Part shown: piece by piece, positions 20,096 to 26,023 of the stretch
How the letters are laid out: every line of letters begins with the position of its first letter
How positions within the stretch are numbered: the first letter of the stretch is position 1
From: a virus
Length of the DNA stretch: 26,023 bases
IMG/VR virus record: IMGVR_UViG_3300031994_000473
Location: 1-26,023 of that record
Strand: one strand, 5' to 3'
Position numbers and translations under genes: made by a program
Notes under the pieces: model-generated
Databases searched by the model: none
Seen by the model: the letters and a program-made list of their open reading frames with translations, nothing else
What the model was told of the DNA's origin: nothing

Positions 20096-20953
20096 TCAGT
20101 TTTCCTTTTCAAACTAGTCATATGCACAAAAGGAACAAGCACAATTAGGATGATATGGAGGTAAATCAACTCCAACATCAGCTTCTGCAAGCGGGATAGC
20201 CTATCCTACATAATCTAAGCAAATCCCTCCGCATTCCGCATCACCAATTATTTCCACATATTTAACACCACTCTATAAATAGGTATCTTTAGTGGCTTTG
20301 CTATAAATTGCCATTGTTTCGGTTCTAATAAGCCGTCTAGCTTGATATGCAGCAAATCCTGTTAGCTTTTGAAGTTCTTCAGTCATTTTATCTAATGACC
20401 AACCATTGTGAATTCCCTACAACAGAACAGAGCGAAGCTTAGAATCAAGAGTATCAACAATGTAGTTTGATCTATCTTTAAATGTTTTCTTGTCTTCACA
20501 CCATGGCTCTAATACTTTCTTCTTAATATCAATAGGAAGAATGAAATTCTTATTACCAACGGATTGCGCGGTCGCCGCTGCCGTCATCTAATAATCTAGA
20601 ATTAACCATGCCATTAATCTGTTGTTCTGTAATTCTTTTAAGTCACGCCGCATTTGCCTAAGGGTCTATTCCATCTAGGTAATATGCCCTCCCCGCATCA
20701 ATGAATGTGCAAGCGCTTGGTATCGTTTCATATCAATCGATCCCCGCTTAAAATAAAACGGGAACTCGTCTTTATACAATTTTTCTAATTTGATTAAGAC
20801 CTATTTATAGTCTTTAACTATATCGTTTTCAACTTCTTTAGCATCCGCTAACAACTAAAGAACTAAATCAAGCTCGTCTTGATAACTCTACTGATTATTG
20901 TAATCACTCTTCTTCTTTATTATCTTTTTCTTCTTCTTCTTCTCTTGACTCAT
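20096..20953 (-). CDS. Head morphogenesis protein, SPP1 gp7 / Mu F-like, 285 aa, 10 in-frame TAG
   Basis: ATG 20951-20953 lies inside the portal 3' end. TAG at 20888, 20855, 20801, 20675, 20666, 20588, 20417, 20273, 20201 and 20114; TGA at 20096-20098. I scanned the frame and found no TAA or TGA. The C-terminal IIGDAECGGICLDYVG(TAG)AIPLAEADVGVDLPPYHPNCACSF matches the family motif. Confidence 0.75.
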
Positions 20954-22277
20954 CCTAATCCTCTCCATTTAATCCCAATCTTACGTCATAGAAAGGATTA
21001 GCTTCTTGCTCTTTATCGAGTCTTTGAATTTCAGCTTCAACATCTTCAACAAAAGGAAGTTGAGCAAGTAAAGTCTCACGAGATACTTTACCAGATAATG
21101 TACTAACCATATTTGCAATTTCGGTATCATTTGAAGGAAGATTACGAGTAAATGTAATATCAATAGCTCGCCAATCAAACGCACTACCTTTTAATGCGGC
21201 GATGTTAAATATTAATTCAATCCTTCTCTGCAATCCACGTTTAAATTTACGCTCTTTAATTGCAACGACGTTTTCCATTGGTAATGTTTTATATTTAATT
21301 GCTACTCCTGAAGCATTTCCGCTAAACGCAGTATCGCTCATATCAGGAGTTTTAGAGAACTTATGAATATCTCTATCTAATCTATTCTTAACATTCTCTA
21401 TTGTTGTATCTGACCCTTGCTTAGTAAGCCATTTGGCATCAGAGTTTTCATCTAATAAAATGATACGATTCTCTTTCATAGCGGCGACATCGTCTTTATC
21501 CGCATTGAGACCAGATAAACAAAGATATGCATCTACAAAATAATCAAAGTCATCAAGAGAATCAGATTCCATCTTATCATAAGCGTCAATTAACGAAAGG
21601 ACTGGTTCAAAATCTCCAATCTCTTCTTCGTTATTTTCAAATACTACAATAGGAACAGAACCAAAATAATGCGGCGCCTCCGCTTCAAAGGTCAGAGTAC
21701 TCAAGTTCGCATCACTCTTATAATGCATCACTTTTGTATCTGAATAAACCTAAACTCTATAATACACTTCTTCAGATTCGATATCTTCACATTCAAAATA
21801 GCGGATGCCGTATAAAAGATCTTCATTAAGAGTATCGTCATATACAAGTACAATCTCTCGTGGATCCAATCTCTTTAGCCGCGTCTGCGCATCTTCATCT
21901 AAATAAACTAATTCAACAGCAAGACCAAAAATACTCATGTCTTTAGCTAACTCAATATTTTCATCTTGCTAATCAGTGTACTATAAAATCATTTTTAATT
22001 CATCCGCTGCTTCTTCAATTTCAGAAGAATAAGAAACACCCTAACCCATAAAATAACCTGTTAGAGTATCTGTAATGTAGCTTGCATACGGATGTGCAAT
22101 ATTATTACATGGAAGAGTCTCATCTGTTTTCATTCTTTGTAAAATAGGATTCTTCGCATGATAATAATTATCTAATTTATTAAGTCTAGCGATATCTCTC
22201 ATCCTATGTTTATCAATTAATTTCTTAATGATTTCAACAGTAAGAGGAGTCTATCTGCTTATCTTATACTGAGGCAT
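20904..22277 (-). CDS. Portal protein, SPP1 gp6 family, 457 aa, 6 in-frame TAG
   Basis: ATG 22275-22277 follows AAGGAGG. TAG at 22251, 22041, 21981, 21969, 21750 and 20955; TGA at 20904-20906. Motifs: KLIDKHRMRDIARLNKLDNYYHAKNPIL..., NNIAHPYASYITDTLTGYFMG(TAG)GVSY, and an acidic C-terminal tail. Confidence 0.85.
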
Positions 22278-22707
22278 CTTTGTCCTCCTTATCATTATAA
22301 ATCTCTCGTAATTCCTACATTAAATTATCAATATAACTATTACCGCCTTCATTCTTATAATGTTTATAGCGGCGTTCCAATAAATCCATTTGCATACTAT
22401 CTAATATACTTGGATCTTTTTTACATTGTTTATACAACATTACAATCCAGCTTTTTATACCATCTAGATCGCTGACTAAAAGTGAATCAAGCTTTTCGGT
22501 AATCTACTGTAATTGATCTTTTAGTCCCTTAACTTCCTACACAAGCCAGGTTAATAATTCTTTTTCATCTCGTACTTTATCAACCTGTTGAACAGTTTTA
22601 TTTTTAAAGAAGTCATACACTTCATAAAACTATTTACATGCTACTCCAAACATAAATAAAAATACAATAGTAAACTACAATGAATATTTTGAAAAGAACT
22701 AGACCAT
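22264..22707 (-). CDS. Membrane-anchored coiled-coil protein (holin-like candidate?), 147 aa, 6 in-frame TAG including codon 3
   Basis: ATG 22705-22707 follows AAGGAGG. TAG at 22699, 22675, 22630, 22537, 22504 and 22315; TAA at 22264-22266. It has a hydrophobic N-terminal segment FTIVFLFMFGVAC followed by heptad-like charged sequence. Confidence 0.55.
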
Positions 22708-22716
22708 ATTTCCTCC

Positions 22717-23961
22717 TTATAGTCCTAATGCCCCTTTTGACATTGTTTGTAACTTTTTGCGGTAAGTACCACATTGTGTGCCGTATCTAGCTGCATCTAT
22801 CAAGTGACAAAATGCGTCAATGGGTTTATCGGTCCAATTATCAAACTTATCTTTATCAAAAGCATAATTAGAAAATTCTATAATCGCATTTTCACAAGAG
22901 GGATGAATCAATATCTCATACTCTTGAAGCTTGCGGATACCCTACATAATAGAGCCTTTGCCTTTCTTTGCGGGCTTCACTCTTAATATATCTAATTTAC
23001 CTAGTTCCGCAATTGAGCGTGGCTAAGCGCTGTCCGCATAAATTAAACACTTTTGATACCCACGATACTTAATCCATGCCGCCACCTATTCAAGAGTCTT
23101 CTGTGACTGATAAAACTAATCACAAAAATATATTCTTTTGTTCTCTTCATCTACTCGCATTACCGCAATAGCAGTAGGATCTTGCCAACCAAAGTCTAAT
23201 CCTATCCAAAGCGGAAAGTCAAGCTTCTTCACATCATATTGCTCAACCCGCCAGTTATCAAATACTAATCCCTATGATACTCCCCATTCCCCATCACCTT
23301 CGATGCGGAAACGTCTAGGATATTTAACTTTCATATCTTCAAAGACTTTAATATCATCCTCACCTAACCACTCGTTGCAGCGGTAGGTCGTGGTCATCGC
23401 TAATTTATTCTAGTCATTTGGCGTATCAAAGAAACGTTTTTTAAGCCAAATTTTATCACTCCAAGGGTTAAATGTAAATATTATTTGTTTAAAATAACCA
23501 GGAGGAAGCTAGCCCCTCAACGATAAGTCAATTTTATTAAAGTCTTCCTATGATGTTATTTGATAAGCCTATTCAATCCAACAGAGATTCAAATAACCAA
23601 CAGGAGCAGTAATAGAAGTAATTGAAAGTGGATTATCACATCCTCTAAAATAAATCTTTTGTCCAGTAGGCTAGTAAGTAGCTTCGAGCGGAGACACCGT
23701 GAATTTCCACAAATGACCCACTCCCAAGTTCTAAGCAGCCCACTTTAATTGTTTCCAGGTTGAATCTCGCTGCGTATTAAAGACTTGCCGCACCACCAAA
23801 CAATTGGATAGCGGATATTGCATCATTAAAAAAATAATCTTCATTGCGGCGGTCGTCGATTTCTTACTTCCACGAGATCCTTTCACCAATAGATAACGAC
23901 CCTTAAAGTTCCAAAATGCGTTATAGCCTTTACCTATCTTTTCACTTAGTCTAATTTCCAT
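22717..23961 (-). CDS. terL: Terminase large subunit, PBSX/Terminase_3-like, 414 aa, 11 in-frame TAG
   Basis: ATG 23959-23961 follows GGAGGA. The whole gene was translated by hand. TAG at 23731, 23671, 23569, 23548, 23509, 23410, 23272, 23116, 23086, 23023 and 22942; TAA at 22717-22719. Motifs: VKGSRGSKKST (Walker A-like), YFRGCDNP, LCWIE(TAG)A (Walker B), FTFNP, ADSA(TAG)PRSIAEL, KKGKGSIM(TAG)GI, HLIDAARYG. Confidence 0.9.
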
Positions 23962-24385
23962 CTGCGTCCTCCGGCAGATCATTTACAATAACAACTTGTT
24001 CTTTAACATTGGCTTCAATAGTAGACTTAGAAGATTGAACACCTAATTGCTTTTGTAATAAATCTAATGCCTTTAACTGAACCTGCGGAGTGTAGACCGT
24101 ATCGCCCTTCTCAGCGAAACCCATTTCTATTAATTTTCGAGCTACATTTTCTGCCCCAAAACCCAATGATTCAAGTATTTCTTGCTCTCTAATTCTCTTA
24201 TATTCTTGAACTTTTGGGTTTCTTAACACTTGAGATGCATTCTTACTATTCTTAATAGGTTCCCCTTTATCTCCATAAACTGCAATATAAGCAGCAACAG
24301 GATCATAAGGTAATGTAGAAATTAACCTTTCCACAAAAGCAAGTTGTTGTGGTTGTAAATTAGGTTTCTCTTTAAGTTCGACCAT
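23951..24385 (-). CDS. terS: Terminase small subunit, 144 aa; no internal TAG, ends at TAG (TGA 3 codons later)
   Basis: The second ATG (24383-24385) has AGGAGG 7 nt upstream. The sequence QQLAFVERLISTLPYDPVAAYIAVYGDKG...ASQVLRNPKVQEYK fits small terminases of the Terminase_2 type. The gene lies directly upstream of terL and overlaps it. Confidence 0.75.
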   Translation of the reverse strand: MVELKEKPNLQPQQLAFVERLISTLPYDPVAAYIAVYGDKGEPIKNSKNASQVLRNPKVQEYKRIREQEILESLGFGAENVARKLIEMGFAEKGDTVYTPQVQLKALDLLQKQLGVQSSKSTIEANVKEQVVIVNDLPEDADGN

Positions 24386-24435
24386 AGTAAAACCTCCTTT
24401 CATATAAATATGAAAATTTCTTCAATAAAATTATA

Positions 24436-24612
24436 TTACTTTGTCTCAACAATAGAAAAAGGAACAGAGGCGGGCGGTGGGTCAGTGAAATTTATGCGGT
24501 TCCCGCGTGTCTCGTTTGTAGATACATGCATTTTATGTAAGATTTCTCTAGCTTCATTTTCTATTGTTTCTGTTTTCCAAAGCTCATCTTCAAAGTAGTT
24601 TGTATCCTGCAT
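24436..24612 (-). CDS. Hypothetical 58-aa protein (below the ORF-track threshold)
   Basis: ATG 24610-24612 with a weak GGGA RBS; TAA at 24436-24438. Translation: MQDTNYFEDELWKTETIENEAREILHKMHVSTNETRGNRINFTDPPPASVPFSIVETK. It fills an otherwise non-coding gap upstream of terS. Confidence 0.35.
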   Translation of the reverse strand: MQDTNYFEDELWKTETIENEAREILHKMHVSTNETRGNRINFTDPPPASVPFSIVETK

Positions 24613-24641
24613 ATCCCTAATCCTATTTTCTTTTGTTGCAA

Positions 24642-24723
24642 GGGTTTGGGGGCGAAGCCCACAAATCCCGCGCAGATTATATAGTATTTCAATGCGTGCC
24701 CGAAGGGCTAAGCTTTGAAATAC
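24642..24723. other. Two GC-rich imperfect hairpins, each with a GAA/UUC triloop
   Basis: In 24642-24669, gggtttgggggc-gaa-gcccacaaatccc forms about 12 bp with one bulge and one mismatch. In 24684-24723, the outer stem gtatttcaa/ttgaaatac encloses gccc-gaa-gggc. There is no flanking U/T tract. Confidence 0.6.
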
Positions 24724-24740
24724 GTTATTTTATATATTGT

Positions 24741-24829
24741 ATTATTATATTATGTGAGTTATTTTTTGCTCACTTGTGAGAAATTTTTTACGCACATGTG
24801 AGAAAAATTTTGCTCACATGTGAGAAATT
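24741..24829. repeat. Iteron/operator array: three full CTCAC(A/T)TGTGAG palindromes at ~22-bp spacing plus two flanking half-sites, separated by A3T6-like spacers
   Basis: tatgTGAGttatttttt GCTCACTTGTGAGaaatttttta CGCACATGTGAGaaaaatttt GCTCACATGTGAGaaatttttt GCTCAC. The array starts 18 nt after the stop of the wHTH gene 24848..25213. An AT-only block at 24711-24742 lies next to it. Confidence 0.85.
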
Positions 24830-24847
24830 TTTTGCTCACCCAATCTT

Positions 24848-25213
24848 TCAATCTTGAGTTTTCACAACGTTTACCGCAATACTTTCTGTTACAGGTGGAT
24901 TATCATAAAAGTCCCAAACTTCACTATCTGCCCTTTTAATTAAAAAACCATTATCAATTAGTTCCTTAATGGCACTAGTGTATGTTCTACGACTAATCCC
25001 CAACTCCGCAGTAACATCATTACTTGTCAAAAGAAAATGATAATTATTTGCATTTGCGGTTACAAATAAATAAATTTTAAGGGCGGAAGGTGTTAAAGTT
25101 TTCATAGCTATTCTTTCACCCTGTTGACTTCTAATTGAAAGTAAGTTATCTTTACTTCCTTTCTCTTGTGTTTTTACTGTTGTCTGGTATGCACCAGTTT
25201 GTCTTCCTGCCAT
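24848..25213 (-). CDS. Winged-helix DNA-binding protein, possible replication initiator/organiser, 121 aa; no TAG
   Basis: Intact ORF with AAGGAG RBS and a TGA stop. The wHTH-like segment is LTSNDVTAELGISRRTYTSAIKELIDNGFLIKR. The gene is adjacent to the iteron array. Confidence 0.6.
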   Translation of the reverse strand: MAGRQTGAYQTTVKTQEKGSKDNLLSIRSQQGERIAMKTLTPSALKIYLFVTANANNYHFLLTSNDVTAELGISRRTYTSAIKELIDNGFLIKRADSEVWDFYDNPPVTESIAVNVVKTQD

Positions 25214-25266
25214 AGCAATACTCCTTATCTCTTTTCTACAATAACTTTAATAATAATATCGTGTTC

Positions 25267-25464
25267 CTATTCAAATCTATCTAAATACTCGTCAAGTGCC
25301 GTCCAATATTTCTCAGGAAGATTGCGGTCACCCGCAAGTACATGATAGAGGAAGTCTGGATTGATATTTATTGCCTTCGCAACATCTTTATATTTTAACC
25401 CAGAAGTTGTTTTATTTGTTTTTAATCTTAAAACAAAATTTTGAGTTTCCCCATTTATATACAT
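25267..25464 (-). CDS. Cro/XRE-like helix-turn-helix regulator, 65 aa; ends at TAG
   Basis: Intact ORF with GGAAGGA RBS. The HTH-like segment is LKYKDVAKAININPDFLYHVLAG. The stop is TAG at 25267-25269, and the next in-frame stop is TAA at 25225-25227. Confidence 0.65.
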   Translation of the reverse strand: MYINGETQNFVLRLKTNKTTSGLKYKDVAKAININPDFLYHVLAGDRNLPEKYWTALDEYLDRFE

Positions 25465-25486
25465 ATATCAAAATTCCTTCCTATTG

Positions 25487-25516
25487 TTTATAAAAATCTG
25501 ACCAAAAATTCTACAA
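25487..25516 (-). promoter_or_regulatory. Weak candidate promoter (TTGTAG-18-TATAAA) just upstream of the Cro-like gene
   Basis: On the minus strand, -35 lies at 25511-25516 and -10 at 25487-25492. The match to consensus is poor. Confidence 0.25.
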
Positions 25517-25519
25517 AAA

Positions 25520-25550
25520 TAGGGAAAAGGGTGACGTTCCCTCTTCCCTA
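25520..25550. promoter_or_regulatory. Inverted repeat TAGGGAA-N17-TTCCCTA with an inner AGGG/CCCT pair; operator or RNA hairpin candidate
   Basis: Read directly from the sequence. It abuts the weak -35 element upstream of the Cro-like gene. Confidence 0.4.
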
Positions 25551-25766
25551 TTGGAGTGAAAGTTAATTGTAGAAAATTTTGGAGGACGCCAAAACTTTCA
25601 GTGACTTATGAGTAAAAAAGTGGTATTAAAAATAAAAATATAATAATTATAAAATATTACCAATAAGGTAAATAAAAGGAAATGGAGTGAAAGAAAAAAG
25701 TCTTTAAATAATATAGGAACCCAAATGAAAAAAATTATTACATACTACTTTTTTCTTTCTATATAT

Positions 25767-25795
25767 ATTATACCAAAAATTTTTTCATTAGTCAA
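25767..25795 (-). promoter_or_regulatory. Near-consensus sigma70/sigmaA promoter: TTGACT-17 nt-TATAAT with extended -10 (TGG)
   Basis: The minus strand reads aaaaTTTGACTaatgaaaaaattttTGGTATAATatat. It begins 5 nt after the wHTH TAA and points toward the Cro-like gene. Confidence 0.6.
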
Positions 25796-25800
25796 ATTTT

Positions 25801-26013
25801 TTACTGAATATAGGAAAGACCTTTTTCATTTAAGACTAAACTTGACGGAGTAACAGATTTATCTCTTTCCCCTAGACCTGCGCCCGCAATAGCGGCAGAA
25901 AAACAAGAATCGACTCTTCTTTTTTCCATATCAAGAGCAAGCGCAACTTCTTTAGCGGTTGCTCCATTATGTTCTTTAAGATAATTCAAAATGCCGTAAC
26001 TTATATCAGTCAT
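25801..26013 (-). CDS. Small winged-helix DNA-binding protein, 70 aa; no TAG
   Basis: Intact ORF with a TAA stop. The wHTH-like segment is ILNYLKEHNGATAKEVALALDMEKRRVDSCF. From the copy at 1..126, it lies immediately downstream of Tal. Confidence 0.65.
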   Translation of the reverse strand: MTDISYGILNYLKEHNGATAKEVALALDMEKRRVDSCFSAAIAGAGLGERDKSVTPSSLVLNEKGLSYIQ

Positions 26014-26023
26014 AATAATTTTA
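25899..26023. repeat. Terminal direct repeat, copy B
   Basis: Identical to 12..136. Confidence 0.9.

Noticed and set aside
144-20906. TGA recoding (code 4 or 25) as an alternative or additional reassignment
   Set aside because: TGA occurs at natural gene ends directly before the next RBS or start (Tal 144, major tail 12190, scaffold 18806, gp7-like 20096, portal 20904, wHTH 24848). It never occurs inside the traced frames.
7861-21184. Minus-strand alternative-frame ORFs (7861..8079, 15053..15235, 15235..15426, 16300..16557, 17844..18050, 20981..21184)
   Set aside because: They are out-of-frame overlaps inside the giant, LRR, collagen-like, capsid and portal genes. Their sequences are repeat or shadow artefacts.
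144-23961. The fragmented minus-strand ORFs as a decaying prophage or pseudogenes
   Set aside because: All interruptions are TAG in the same frame as the flanking ORFs. I saw no frameshifts and no TAA or TGA interruptions in about 7,800 codons. Conserved motifs continue across the TAG codons.
1312-24598. Plus-strand ORFs in the track (1312..1515, 5885..6085, 7349..7576, 11112..11297, 13079..13405, 13942..14238, 15260..15568, 16291..16572, 16370..16597, 17697..17888, 17896..18345, 19154..19432, 22774..22986, 23138..23386, 24410..24598)
   Set aside because: All lie antisense to well-supported minus-strand genes or within the terS upstream region. Their composition is low-complexity or shadow-frame, for example the Leu/Pro/His-rich antisense of the collagen repeats. 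They have no RBS and no recognisable motifs.
24642-24723. Rho-independent terminators
   Set aside because: The stems are stable, but neither strand has a following T/U run.
24741-24829. CRISPR array
   Set aside because: The repeats are 12-bp palindromes with ~10-nt A/T spacers of near-identical sequence. This is far too short and regular for CRISPR repeats and spacers, and no cas genes are present.
24404-25800. Suppressor tRNA hidden in the intergenic regions
   Set aside because: I found no acceptor/T-arm geometry or GTTCRANYC-type T-loop in either strand by eye. The GC hairpins have 3-nt loops and no D or anticodon arms. This needs tRNAscan-SE or ARAGORN to be definitive.
25725-25850. Small plus-strand ORF MKKIITYYFFLSIYIIPKIF... 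in the promoter region
   Set aside because: It is short and has no RBS. It is Phe/Ile/Tyr-rich, as expected from AT-rich non-coding DNA, and it runs antisense into the wHTH gene.

Overview
This AT-rich 26-kb window reads as a complete or nearly complete small siphovirus-type phage genome. An imperfect 136-bp overlap between the two window ends suggests a unit of about 25.9 kb that is circular or terminally redundant. All credible genes are on the minus strand, tightly packed, and often start/stop-coupled (ATGA, TAATG). Gene order on the minus strand, from 26023 downward: small wHTH protein; strong sigma70-like promoter plus a ~300-nt leader; Cro-like HTH; wHTH initiator-like protein; iteron array, AT-rich block and GC hairpins; a 58-aa ORF; terS; terL; membrane coiled-coil protein; SPP1-type portal; gp7/MuF-like head protein; HNH endonuclease; scaffold; major capsid; head-tail connector; head closure; Ig-like protein; collagen-like fibre; BspA-type LRR protein; two small paralogs; HK97 gp10-like; tail-terminator-like; TP901-1/phi13-type major tail protein; chaperone-like protein; a 66-aa ORF where a tape measure should be; a 3,294-aa giant protein that starts with a Dit N-domain; a separately encoded Dit C-domain; Tal-like hub; then the wHTH gene again. 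Main result: the ORF track is fragmented only because TAG is a sense codon here. By hand-tracing frames I count about 93 in-frame TAG codons in 18 genes and no in-frame TAA or TGA. All of these genes end at TAA or TGA. TAG use is strongly partitioned. It is absent inside the regulatory genes, terS, scaffold, major capsid and a 1,203-codon block of the giant gene, and it is dense elsewhere. I found no suppressor tRNA or release-factor gene. Several TAG codons sit where homologues, as I recall them, carry invariant Glu, including the terL Walker-B catalytic position. The encoded residue may therefore not be the Gln usually assumed. All homology calls come from pattern recognition and memory of protein families, not from searches. 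Coordinates come from manual translation and should be re-derived with translation table 15.
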